Below, piece after piece: positions 42,762-52,958 of a stretch of DNA of 64,000 nt. The number at the start of each line of letters is the position of its first letter. Within the stretch, counting starts at the first letter, position 1. Origin of the DNA: Turneriella sp. (GTDB lineage Bacteria > Spirochaetota > Leptospiria > Turneriellales > Turneriellaceae); contig CBDIID010000003.1 of the NCBI GenBank assembly GCA_965279515.1, positions 3,712,001 to 3,776,000 of the forward strand. The letters run 5' to 3'. The translations under genes were made by a program, and so were the position numbers. The notes under the pieces were generated by a model. The model worked only from the letters and a program-made list of their open reading frames with translations. It did no database searches and was not told where the DNA came from.

Positions 42762-43030
42762 TGCTCGATATCGAGCGTAGCAATCAATTCAAGAAAGATC
42801 TAAAGCGATCTCTCAAGAGAGGCAAGGATCCAGAAAAATTGAAGGTTCTTATTGAACTGTTAGTTCAACAGAAAGCTTTACCTGCTAAGAATAGAGATCA
42901 CAAACTGACGGGTGACTACATCGATTGCAGAGAATGCCATATCGAGCCAGATTGGCTGCTGATCTATACGGCAAATGAGACAGTGCTGCGCCTAGAGCGG
43001 ACAGGCTCACATGCAGATTTATTTGAATAG
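42761..43030 (+). CDS. yafQ: YafQ-family mRNA interferase toxin
   Basis: FKKDLK...DHKLTG...RECHIEPDWLLIY...RTGSHADLF. Confidence 0.92.
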   Translation: MLDIERSNQFKKDLKRSLKRGKDPEKLKVLIELLVQQKALPAKNRDHKLTGDYIDCRECHIEPDWLLIYTANETVLRLERTGSHADLFE

Positions 43031-43412
43031 CGATTTATAGCGCTGACAGGATGTCAGCGAGGCTCAGGTGACTTGCAGATTTTTCGCACAACGTGGAAAA
43101 TACCCGAAGTGCGCCCTCGCGGGTGTAAAGTGTAAATAATCACGGCTTTACCTGACTTCCGTGGGAGCGCATTTGCCCGTAGCGCCTCCCTGAGGAGCAC
43201 CAAACAAACGTCCTGTTTGTGCGACGAAGGGATCTTGGGCGCGTAGGGCCGAGCACGCCCGCTAACGAAGTGCGGGCGAGCGGAGCGGGTATTTTTTGTT
43301 GTCGGCAGTGTTTAGCTTACGTTAGCCGCCGGCGACATGGAGGTCGCCAGCGGACGCTTTGTGGGTAAGTTTCTTTGTCTCTGATTTCAGTTTTTTGTGC
43401 GATTTAACTCAT

Positions 43413-43431
43413 TGTATGTACATTGTACATA
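43413..43431. promoter_or_regulatory. Palindromic operator upstream of BrnTA
   Basis: TATGTACA-T-TGTACATA inverted repeat immediately before the toxin start. Confidence 0.55.
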
Positions 43432-43722
43432 GTGAAACTAACCTTTGTCTGGGATGAGGTTAAGAATCTCGAAAATATTAAGAAACATGGGGTTTCTTTC
43501 ACTGAAGCCAGTACAATTTTCGGGCGAATACCGTATGAGATTTATAATGACCCGGATCACTCGGAAAAGGAACATCGATACTTGGCTATCGGTTTTAGTG
43601 ATAAGGCTCGTGCACTGTTAGTCAGCCACACTGAAAATGCAACCGGTACGGAGATTAGAATTATATCGGCTCGCAAAGCGACGAAGCAAGAGCGGGACGA
43701 TGCGTTCGGAGGAAACTTATGA
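43432..43722 (+). CDS. brnT: BrnT-family toxin
   Basis: FVWDEVKNLENIKKHGVSF...EHRYLAIG...IRIISARKAT. Confidence 0.9.
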   Translation: MKLTFVWDEVKNLENIKKHGVSFTEASTIFGRIPYEIYNDPDHSEKEHRYLAIGFSDKARALLVSHTENATGTEIRIISARKATKQERDDAFGGNL

Positions 43723-43949
43723 GGAAACAATACGATTTGAGTAAATTGACTAAAGCTACACCCAAATACTTGAAACACATTAAGGAACCGGTAACGATTC
43801 GGCTGGAACCACAAATAATTGCATATTTCAAAGGTTTATCTGAAAAAACCGGACTACCGTATCAGTCATTGCTGAATTTTGTCTTAAGAGATTACGCAAA
43901 CGAAAATCGGAAACCAAGTGCTAACTGGGGCAAAGTAGTCTCCAACTGA
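43719..43949 (+). CDS. brnA: BrnA-family antitoxin
   Basis: MRKQYDLS...VTIRL...YFK...GLPYQSLLNFVLRDY (RHH domain). Confidence 0.85.
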   Translation: MRKQYDLSKLTKATPKYLKHIKEPVTIRLEPQIIAYFKGLSEKTGLPYQSLLNFVLRDYANENRKPSANWGKVVSN

Positions 43950-44206
43950 GGCGACCGGCAAGGATGCCGGGCGCTCTTCTCTCTTGCTAAACATTGCCGA
44001 CAACGTGGAAAATACCCGAATTGCGCCCTCGCGGCTGTAAAGTGTAAATAATCACGGCTTTATGCGACTTTCGCGGGAGCGCATTTGCCCGTAGCGCCTC
44101 GCGAGCCCGCCAATGCAGGCCCATGGCCTGCGGGCGTAGCGATCTTCGGCGCGTAGGGCCGAGCACGCGACCCAACGTAGTGGTCGCGGCGCAGCGGGTA
44201 TTTTTT

Positions 44207-44400
44207 GTTAGCCGCCGTTACCGGATTCGCGCGGCTGGCGAACAACCCGAAGGTCAGCGATATGCTGTAGTTCGATCTTATTAGTCACCGAGGAGTTGTC
44301 GCCAGGATCAAAGGCGTAAGCAGCGAAATCTGGCTGTGCTCTCTGATAACAAATCCTCTTTTTCTCCCCTTCGGGCGCGAAGGAGGTAATGGTGGCTAAC
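44207..44400. repeat. Gene-less cassette, copy 6
   Basis: Near-identical to 23531-23724. Confidence 0.85.
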
Positions 44401-44650
44401 GTGGAATTTACCTGACGATTGGTGACACTTGTGTCATTAACTCCATCAGGAAGGCCAAATTGTGTCACCAATTGTGCCCGGAGCGCCTCGCGGCAAAGCA
44501 CAAAACAAGCGTCCCGCTTGTGCTTTGTCCGCGATCTTCTGGCGCGCAGGGCCGAGCACCCGAGGAGCCACGGCACCGCAGGGAGCGCAGCAGGTAAATT
44601 TTGTTGTCGGCAGTAGGCATTGGTTCGCCACGGACTTCAGGTCATTTCCT

Positions 44651-45052
44651 TCATTTATACCCATAGATGATGAAGCTCTGGTCAACTTCTTCGAATGAAA
44701 TATTTCCATCTGTTAAAATTCTCCGAAAATCTTCAGAAATATCTTCAATCTCTGGATCAATTAGGTTGCCTTTATGATGAGCAAGGCGAGGCGCAACTTT
44801 GAGCCATTCAATAAATTTGTATTCTGGCAACTCTCGCCAATTGCATAAGTACGAAGGATTCTTATCGAATTCTTGCGGATAGGCATCTTTTTCCAGTACC
44901 AGTTTCTCTTGGAATGCCGGACTAAAGGGTAAATCGGCTTCAATCTTCTCAATCAGATATTTCCATTTGGTATTATTTAACAGAGAGACAAGACCTCTTT
45001 GTTCAATGGCTTTTAGAAGCGCCAATTCGGTCTTGGTTCTTGCGGAGATCAT
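44651..45052 (-). CDS. Hypothetical protein (DUF6678-like)
   Basis: LNNTKW...YKFIEWL...IIYGY pattern. Confidence 0.6.
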   Translation of the reverse strand: MISARTKTELALLKAIEQRGLVSLLNNTKWKYLIEKIEADLPFSPAFQEKLVLEKDAYPQEFDKNPSYLCNWRELPEYKFIEWLKVAPRLAHHKGNLIDPEIEDISEDFRRILTDGNISFEEVDQSFIIYGYK

Positions 45053-45075
45053 AGTCTATTGGATAGAAGCTCCGA

Positions 45076-45417
45076 TTACCTATACTCTTCTAAGATTTCA
45101 ATAAGTCCAACTATATTATCATTAAGATCTTCCAAATCTTCAGCTGGAATCCACCATTCGGTATGTAGAGCACCACCCACCTTTTCTACCTTGTATTTAT
45201 CCATGAAGTCCTTTTTGACCGCAAATCTCGTGACGCAACCAAAACCACTGTCTTTAATGTTCCATTTAATTGCAATTTCCCGGGCGTATTCTATGTTCGT
45301 TACGGGGTAAAATATAGGTTGGCCAAGTAGCCGAGGTGGCCAGCGTTTATAGCCACTTTCCTTGACCAATGCCAATTCTTCCGGCCCGGTGGGCCGGTAC
45401 AATGTTACTGTTTCCAT
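45076..45417 (-). CDS. Conserved small protein, usually annotated ADP-ribosylation/crystallin J1-related
   Basis: LYRPTGPEEL...WPPRL..QPIFYPV...EWWIPAEDL. Confidence 0.7.
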   Translation of the reverse strand: METVTLYRPTGPEELALVKESGYKRWPPRLLGQPIFYPVTNIEYAREIAIKWNIKDSGFGCVTRFAVKKDFMDKYKVEKVGGALHTEWWIPAEDLEDLNDNIVGLIEILEEYR

Positions 45418-45702
45418 AAAAAAGTTCTTTCAGTACAAAAAATATTTCCAGATGCCTATTGCCGACAACGTGGAATTTACCCGAAGTCGATAGTGCGTCG
45501 CACAATAAATGTGGTCTTCATTCGAAAGCCGCGGCTTGATGCACTATCGATTTGCCGAAGGTCGCCTCGTTGCGCCCGACCAAACAAACGTCCCGTTTGT
45601 CGGGCGTCAACGACTCCTGGCGACCGAGGCCGAGCACGCTCGCCAACGAAGTGCGAGCGCGCGCAGCGGGTAAATTTTGTTGTCTGAAGTCGCGCTTCGG
45701 CT

Positions 45703-46266
45703 TCAAAATTCAGTACCGTCACCTTTGAATCTGTACTTACGACCGTCCCAAGATTCCGCAAATATAACGCCATTCTCAATTTTAAGATTTTCACCGCCAT
45801 TGGGCAGAACAAAAATATCTGAGCCGCTTCTTTGCCAAACGATCTCTCCAGTTTTTCTGATTCGCGTAATTGTGAGCTCACCGTGGATTAAGAAATCGTT
45901 CTCAAAAGGAAAAATGCGGAAACATGTCACATCATCGCACTTTTTCTGCCAGTTAAGCGAAAGTTCTGGAAGTGATAGCGAAACAACGGAGTCACAAATG
46001 CATAATATCAAGCTGCTGTCCATAAGGAGCACTGTGTCCTTATGTATACTTGTGGCACCGCCATAGCCGAAAATTATTGCACTTTTTATGAGTGTATCAC
46101 CAATATAGGAAAAGATACCATATTTGACTGTACTTCGGTATTCCTTGTCCTCGCAAAACACAAGGTCATACCCGTGTATATTATCTGTGGAATTAGTAGA
46201 ATAAGTTGGATCTTCGAAGCAATGAATTGTATTGTCTTCAAATTTCAGTTCGAGTTTTTTGGTCAT
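45703..46266 (-). CDS. Hypothetical beta-rich cassette protein
   Basis: ORF fits the cassette tightly; IHGELTITR...WQRSGSDIF. Confidence 0.7.
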   Translation of the reverse strand: MTKKLELKFEDNTIHCFEDPTYSTNSTDNIHGYDLVFCEDKEYRSTVKYGIFSYIGDTLIKSAIIFGYGGATSIHKDTVLLMDSSLILCICDSVVSLSLPELSLNWQKKCDDVTCFRIFPFENDFLIHGELTITRIRKTGEIVWQRSGSDIFVLPNGGENLKIENGVIFAESWDGRKYRFKGDGTEF

Positions 46267-46713
46267 AAGTCTTCGCGCGATTTCAGACAACGCGGAATTT
46301 ACACGAGGTCGATGGTGCGCCGCGCAATAACGACAGACTTATTTAGAAAGCCACGTATCAAGCACCATCGATCTGCCGTAGACCGCTCGTTGCGCCTGAC
46401 CAAACAAACGTCCCGTTTGTCAGGCGTCAACGATCTTTGCGGTCGGAGGCCGAGCACGCGAGGAGCCACGGCACCGCAGCGAGCGCAGCGTGTAAATTTT
46501 GTTGTCTGAAGTAATTGCGCCTGTGAGCCCTGGCAAGGAGGCCAGGGCGACTAGGATTAAGGTCTCATAATCAGAAAAAATACCGTTTTTCGAGTCAAAA
46601 CTTCGCGTGATGTATCTTTTTGTCATCTAAAAACCCGCTTTACACCTTAGAGATTTGGGATTCTGTAGGTCTTAGTGGGCGAGTGTGCCTGCACATTACT
46701 AAATGTATTAAAA

Positions 46714-47061
46714 ATGATGAACTCTAAAGTTTGGTTTTCAAGTATTATTGAAATAATCGCAGATCTTTCTGATCCGGCATTCCAAAAAAGAGTTTGGGTA
46801 GAAGGTGCGGGGCCAGAGGTGTCATCATGGTCAGAAACATACTGCACACTTTTTGATGATTTTGTTCTTGATAAATTCTTAGACGAGTATTGGCCTCAGC
46901 ATGGGCTTTCTGAAGAATCTCGGAACAACCTGGAAACCATGCGCCAAATGCTTAATGATTATGTGGAAAAGGCAACCGACAAAGAAATTATTTCAGATCC
47001 AGCTTGGCACAAAATCCAGAAGTATTGTGCGTCTATTCTACCCAATTTAAGATGGATTTAG
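46714..47061 (+). CDS. Hypothetical protein, immunity-protein-like
   Basis: LSDPAFQKRVWV...LFDD...DPAW..I pattern resembles orphan toxin-immunity proteins (inference). Confidence 0.55.
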   Translation: MMNSKVWFSSIIEIIADLSDPAFQKRVWVEGAGPEVSSWSETYCTLFDDFVLDKFLDEYWPQHGLSEESRNNLETMRQMLNDYVEKATDKEIISDPAWHKIQKYCASILPNLRWI

Positions 47062-47592
47062 CAAATGCGGCAACCCAAGAACATGGAGCGCCTGATGCGT
47101 AAATTGAATTAGGAAGGCAAGATGCCCACCAATTGTGCCGCGTCGCCACGAGGGCGACGAAGTACAAAGGCGCAATTATTTCAGACAACGTTGGATTTAC
47201 GAGAAGTTGATGACGCGCCGCACAATGAATACAGGCTTATTAGGAAAGCCGCATACCAAGCGTCATCAATTTGCCGAGCCCACAGCGTTGCGCCGCACCA
47301 AATGCACATCCCGTGCGTGCGGCGTCAACGCTTCTTTGTGGGCGAGGCCGAGCACCCGAGGAGCCACGGCACCGCAGGGAGCGCAGCTCGTAAATCTTGT
47401 TCTCTGCCGTTGTCGCTGGGATCGCCGAGCCATGGAGGGCGAGGCAGGTACTCCGTCCAAAATCTCTTAAACTTACCAAATTTAGAGAGGGAGACTCAGT
47501 TTGAGCTTAGCTAATTGTATGCTTTGAGGCTTTGCCAAGTAAATAGCTCTTTACCGGGCACAAATGTGGCAAACGTATGCCTTGGGGAATAA

Positions 47593-47883
47593 GTGTCAAA
47601 GACTAAGAACCGCTTACTTTGTGTTCTCGGAGGGGCGGCTCCCTTTGCAATAATGTCGACTTATTTGTATTTTACAAGGACCAAAGCCGGCTCATTTTCT
47701 ACGAGGTCTGACTATGTGGCTTTTGCAATTTCTCTAATTGTTGGGCTTTTGTTAATTGGCCTCACAAAATTTCAAGCTCGCTGGAAGTTCGTAATTTGTA
47801 TCGTATTTGCTGGATTAATGCCACCGGCCCTCTTCGGTTACACTTTCGCTTTTCTCTGTGCTGCATTCCAAGATTGCCTATAA
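47593..47883 (+). CDS. Small membrane protein (3 TM)
   Basis: Three hydrophobic segments. Confidence 0.65.
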   Translation: MSKTKNRLLCVLGGAAPFAIMSTYLYFTRTKAGSFSTRSDYVAFAISLIVGLLLIGLTKFQARWKFVICIVFAGLMPPALFGYTFAFLCAAFQDCL

Positions 47884-48312
47884 CTCATCTATCTCAGAGT
47901 GAGAAATTAGTCGGTTATTCTGATGTGAATACCCTGCGGGTAGGCACCGGCACGGAGGCCGGTGAGGTAAAAGCCATCATACGACAATGGCAGAGAACGT
48001 GGAAAATACCCGAATTGCGCCCCCGCGGCTGTAAAGTGTAAATAATCGCGGCTTTATGCGACTTTCGCGGGAGCGCATTTGCCCGTAGCGCCTCGCGAGC
48101 CCGCCAATGCAGGCCCACTGGCCTGCGGGCGCAGCGATCTTCGGCGCGTAGGGCCGAGCACGCGACCCAGCGTAGCGGTCGCGGCGCAGCGGGTATTTTT
48201 TGTTGTCGGCAGTTGTTGGTTGATCGCTTGGGCACGGATGCCCAAGCAGATGCTGGCTTCTCTAAGTCTTTCTTATGGATTTACCTGTCGTTCTGAGAAT
48301 TCAGAATAATCA

Positions 48313-48738
48313 ATGATCGGTAGTTGCCTATGCGGCGAAATTGAGTTCAAATTAGAGAATAAGCAGTATAAGCTATACCAGTGCCATTGCTCACTATGCA
48401 GAAAGCAAAGTGGCGGCCCAGCCAATGCAGCAACTTTGGTGCTTGAGAATAAGTTCTCCTGGCAAAAAGGGAAAGAACACATTCGGTCTTATGTCAAAGC
48501 AACAGGCTTTAGATCTGATTTCTGTTCTAAGTGCGGCTCACCAGTTCCAAATAGGATCGGAAATACCGACTATATGTGGATACCTGCTGGGCTGCTGAAA
48601 ACCTCTGATAAATTTGAAATTGTTGCCCATTTATTTATCGGGTCAAAGGCGGCATGGGACTCGGCGCCCACTCATGGAGAAATCTTTGAGACTGGTCCAG
48701 GAGTTGAAGGTCTATTCAGGTTACTCGAAGGAGTGTAA
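48313..48738 (+). CDS. GFA (CENP-V/Mss4-like) family protein
   Basis: GSCLCG, CHCSLCRK, FCSKCGS. Confidence 0.92.
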   Translation: MIGSCLCGEIEFKLENKQYKLYQCHCSLCRKQSGGPANAATLVLENKFSWQKGKEHIRSYVKATGFRSDFCSKCGSPVPNRIGNTDYMWIPAGLLKTSDKFEIVAHLFIGSKAAWDSAPTHGEIFETGPGVEGLFRLLEGV

Positions 48739-49119
48739 TCTGCGATGTATGCACCGCCATGGATGGCGGTGGAGGAACACCTGCTTTCCAACAATTGCCG
48801 ACAACGTGGATTTTACGCTGACGTTTTTTGACGCTTGTGTCATTTAATCAATTTGTAAAGCCGATTTGCGTCAAAAAATGTGGTCGTAGCGGCTCGCGGC
48901 GACGCGCGAAAACACACCTCCCGGTGTGCGCGTCGTCCGCGATCTTTGCCGCGGAGACCCGAGCACGCGACCCAACGAAGTGGTCGCGGCGCAGCGCGTA
49001 AAATTTGTTCTCTGACGTAGTTGTGCCTGTGAGCCCGGGCATGGATGGCCGGGCGAATATGTATCAGACTCCTATAAATTCTTGACAGGCTCAAACAATT
49101 CATCAGTCTCTTGTCCGAT

Positions 49120-49380
49120 ATGAATGCAGAAACGATTCCGGCACATGCATATATTTCAAGTTCCCCAGAGATTTGTGGGGGAGAGCCAGTAATTTCTGGG
49201 ACACGAATGACAGTAAGAGCAGTGGTTCAGTATGTTTTGATTCAAGGTCTTACCCCCGAGGAGCTAGAACGGGAGTTTAAACAACTAAGTCTTTCACAAA
49301 TTTATGATGCTCTGTCTTATTACTATGACCACAAAAGCATAATCGACAAGTTTATAGCCGAGAACTCGGCCAAGAATTGA
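49120..49380 (+). CDS. DUF433 antitoxin
   Basis: PEICGGEPVISGTR...IYDALSYYYDH. Confidence 0.9.
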   Translation: MNAETIPAHAYISSSPEICGGEPVISGTRMTVRAVVQYVLIQGLTPEELEREFKQLSLSQIYDALSYYYDHKSIIDKFIAENSAKN

Positions 49381-49718
49381 CCCCAATTAAGCTATATCTA
49401 GATGAAGACGTAAGACCTCTTCTGGCAGAAATTCTTACTGAGCGCGGTTTTGAAGCCACCCACACGCTGTTTCATGGGAATTCTGGGAAAACGGATTTGC
49501 AACAGCTGGAATTCGCTGCTCAAAATCAGCTTACTCTACTTACGCACAATATTCGCGACTTTGCCAATCTACATACTGTCTTTCTTAACGGAGACAAAAA
49601 ACACTTCGGAATTATTTGCGCACCGCAATTGAAATTGCCATTACTAGTCTCGCGCACGTTAGTCTTGCTTTCATCAGTCAATAAAGATTCTGCACGTAAT
49701 AATCTCCTCTGGATTTAG
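49377..49718 (+). CDS. DUF5615 PIN-like toxin
   Basis: LYLDEDV...TDLQQL...LLTHNIRDF...HFGII. Confidence 0.88.
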   Translation: MTPIKLYLDEDVRPLLAEILTERGFEATHTLFHGNSGKTDLQQLEFAAQNQLTLLTHNIRDFANLHTVFLNGDKKHFGIICAPQLKLPLLVSRTLVLLSSVNKDSARNNLLWI

Positions 49719-50024
49719 GGAGCATCCTGCGAGTTGCGCCGCCATGGAGGGCGGCGGAGTAAAGGGCACAACTATGTCAGAGAACGTTGGATTTTACGCT
49801 GACGTTTTTTGACGCCTGTGTCATTTATTCAATTTGTAAAGCCGATTTGCGTCAAAAAATGTGGTCGTAGCGGCTCGCGGCGACGCGCGAAAACACACCT
49901 CCCGGTGTGCGCGTCGTCCGCGATCTTTGCCGCGAAGACCCGAGCACGCGAGGAGCTACGGCACCGCAGCGGCGCAGCGCGTAAAATTTGTTGTCGGCAG
50001 TAAATCGCTGGATACAATTCTGCT

Positions 50025-50053
50025 TGACGCTGTACTATTATTTTAGTACGGTC
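50025..50053 (+). promoter_or_regulatory. Promoter with overlapping palindromic operator for the RelE/HTH TA pair
   Basis: TTGACG-17 bp-TACGGT containing the inverted repeat GTACTA...TAGTAC. Confidence 0.6.
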
Positions 50054-50057
50054 AGCC

Positions 50058-50453
50058 GTGGAGTATATTGCCTATAAAGGCACTGCATTTACGATAGAAT
50101 GGTACTTTGATGAAGGATTGGAAAGCCAAGCCCTGACATATTTTGAGAATTTATCTCCCCAGCAGCAAGATAAATTGCTGTATTTATTCAAGAGAATGGG
50201 AGATTTTGGAAAAATCTCGGACATCACCAAGTTTAGATTTGAGGAAGATAAAATCTATGCTTTTAAACCTCAACCAGATCGATTTCTTTGCTTTTTCTAT
50301 GCTGGTAAGAAGATTATTGTTACAAATGCCTTTTATAAGAAAACTGATAAACTACCGAAGAGCGAGAAATTGGCTGCTCTAAAGCATAAAGATGATTATG
50401 AGTTACGGGTAAAAAAGGGAGAATACTATGAAGAATACTATGAAGAAGACTAG
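50058..50453 (+). CDS. RelE/ParE (Gp49/HigB-like) toxin
   Basis: IYAFKPQPDRFLCFF...IIVTNAFYKKTDKLP..E. Confidence 0.85.
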   Translation: MEYIAYKGTAFTIEWYFDEGLESQALTYFENLSPQQQDKLLYLFKRMGDFGKISDITKFRFEEDKIYAFKPQPDRFLCFFYAGKKIIVTNAFYKKTDKLPKSEKLAALKHKDDYELRVKKGEYYEEYYEED

Positions 50454-50724
50454 TACTTTTGATCGAATTATGTCGAATAAAGATCGGAAAAAGCAATTTG
50501 ACAGTGGCTATACTGACTTTTTGCTTTCTGAATTTCTGCATGAGGCTATGGCCGAAAGACATCTGTCAGTGAGGAAGCTTTCGGAAAAAGCTCATGTGTC
50601 ACCAGCCATGATTCAGAATCTGAGATCTGGTAAAACGCAGAATATTAGCCTTAAGAAATTGAGTGCTATTTCCAATGTCTTAGGTTATGAAATAAGGCTT
50701 CAGAAGCTCGCAACGCGAGCATAA
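50428..50724 (+). CDS. XRE-family HTH antitoxin (HigA-like)
   Basis: LSVRKLSEKAHVSPAMIQNLRSG HTH, downstream of the toxin. Confidence 0.85.
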   Translation: MKNTMKKTSTFDRIMSNKDRKKQFDSGYTDFLLSEFLHEAMAERHLSVRKLSEKAHVSPAMIQNLRSGKTQNISLKKLSAISNVLGYEIRLQKLATRA

Positions 50725-51174
50725 TCATATCGATTTATTGCCGACAACGCGGGTTTTACCTTGACGTTTTTGCTTGTGGCGTCTTCGTCACAAGCAAAAA
50801 TGTGCCCGGAGCGCCTGCCCGAGCCCGCCAATGCAGGCCCACTGGCCGGCGGGCGCAGGGCATCTTTGGCGCGGAGTGGCCGAGCACGCGACCCAACGGA
50901 GTGGTCGCGCGCGCAGCAGGTAAAACTTGTTGTCTGAAGTAATTGCGCCTGTGAGCGCGGCCAGGAGGGCCGCGCGAAATCCAATCTCAGCTACCCATAA
51001 TTTGTCATTTTGTTGCCTCAAGAACAGGCTTTACGCCTGAGAAATCCGGGGCTCCGGAGGTCTTTGTCGGGAATAGATTCTTATGTAGTAAAGGACGCGG
51101 CAGCAGCACAGTTAAGATCGACGAACCTGCCACAATTATGAAAGTATCCACAGATTTCTCACTGGAGGCAATTA

Positions 51175-51597
51175 ATGCAAAAAATATTTCTGATAGGTTT
51201 ATTACAATTGAGCTTTGGAGCCGGATGCGTTCTATTTGCCGTTGAGAAAAAAATAAAAGTGCAGAACGGGGAAATCGAAATTCTTGGAGAAAAAATTCCG
51301 GTATATGGCAAGGCCGAAGAAGTTACAGTGACCTATAACGACGGTGACGGGGCCCGATCTCTACAAGTTGAGTATTACTTTCCAGGAAAGTCGACAGAAA
51401 AGGTTCTCAAGGACGTGGCTGCCTTCTACACCGGCAAAAGTATTTTTGGCACGAAAGTTGGAAAATTCAAGAAGAACAAATCGAACGGCGGGGCATATAA
51501 TTTTGAAAATTGCTCAAATAAGCCTGAGCTGTTGATCGTGATCTACGCCAATGAAACCCCTGGCCATGTGTACATTGGCGACATGTGTTTGCCTTGA
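51175..51597 (+). CDS. Putative lipoprotein
   Basis: RBS GGAGG, lipobox-like GAGC. Confidence 0.65.
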   Translation: MQKIFLIGLLQLSFGAGCVLFAVEKKIKVQNGEIEILGEKIPVYGKAEEVTVTYNDGDGARSLQVEYYFPGKSTEKVLKDVAAFYTGKSIFGTKVGKFKKNKSNGGAYNFENCSNKPELLIVIYANETPGHVYIGDMCLP

Positions 51598-52398
51598 GGT
51601 CAACATAGGTCTGGCACAGCTGATTGTTGCCGGGCGCGGGGGACTATTCTGCGCATCCGTAAGCACCATTCGTACATTCTGGCTTCGCCAGCGCCCTCAG
51701 GTATGATATTGCAAATTCTCAATCCGTTTGAGAGTTGAAATCGTAGCCCTGCGATCTTGCCCCCCGGACCAAATGATACAAAGATACTTTGCACGTTCGA
51801 TGCACCTGTCATTTCGCAGGCCTTTCCCAAGACAATATAGCCCTTTAATGGGTTAACTGCCCATAAGGCGTCATTGTGTCTCCTGATAACAGGCTCTACA
51901 CCTGAGAGATTATGGGGCCTGTAGGTCCCAGGATAAGTAATTTCTTATTCACTTAACTTCAAGCTCGTTGCCGCGCCGACACGAAGTCGGCGCGTAACAA
52001 AGGCGCAATTATTTCAGACAACGTGGATTTTACGCTGACGTTTTTTGACGCTTGTGTCATTTATTCAATCTGTAAAGCCGAATTGCGTCAAAAAATGTGG
52101 TCGTAGCGGCTCGCGGCGACGCGCGAAAACACACCTCCCGGTGTGCGCGTCGTCCGCGATCTTTGCCGCGAAGACCCGAGCACGCGAGGAGCTACGGCAC
52201 CGCAGCGGCGCAGCGCGTAAAATTTGTTGTCTGAGGTAATTGCGCCTGCGAGCACGGGCAAGGAGGCCCGTGCGACAAGAATCAGATGCTCATAAGTGTA
52301 TTGCCTGCTGGCGAATAAGATTCGCCAAAAAAAATGAAGAAAGTTATTACTCTGGACAGCCTCTCGCCAGAATAAAACTTTAAGGTCGCCAATTTCAG

Positions 52399-52833
52399 AT
52401 GCGCATCGCTTTAAATTTACAGTTAAATAAATATGCTCAAGGGCTTATTGATATATCTGCATTTCTATCAAAGATTAGCGGCTATGGTCCCGCTGAAAAG
52501 AGGGCTTTTATTAACGACTTAGTTGATTTAATAATTCAATCGAAACCCGAAGGTACTAACTTGCGAGAAATTCAAGAGATATTAGCTTTGAAAAAAACTC
52601 CAGCCATGGTCATTCTGCTTCAGGGTATTACGAAAGCAAATCTACAGAAGATTCTTGAATTTAATGATCAGGAGATGCAGGCTTCAATCAATACCTTGTT
52701 GGTTGTTTATAAAGATAGCTATATGCGCCGCTATTTAGCAGAGAAAAATTCCCCCGATAAGTGGTGGTATTGGGATTTAAGGGATGAGAAAAGGGAGGCT
52801 AGTATAAAGCGTCAGTTTTCTGATTATTTATGA
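52399..52833 (+). CDS. Hypothetical protein (DUF5958-like)
   Basis: LNKYAQGL...QSKP...KWWYWDL pattern. Confidence 0.55.
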   Translation: MRIALNLQLNKYAQGLIDISAFLSKISGYGPAEKRAFINDLVDLIIQSKPEGTNLREIQEILALKKTPAMVILLQGITKANLQKILEFNDQEMQASINTLLVVYKDSYMRRYLAEKNSPDKWWYWDLRDEKREASIKRQFSDYL

Positions 52834-52958
52834 TGAAGACTTGTATTTAAGGAATCAAATTTTGATTTCAGCCAGCCACAGGCGAGACAGAGATGACGGT
52901 TTGTCTTAAATCTTTATGCAATGCGTCGGCATGGATGCCGACGAAGCACAAAGGCGCA

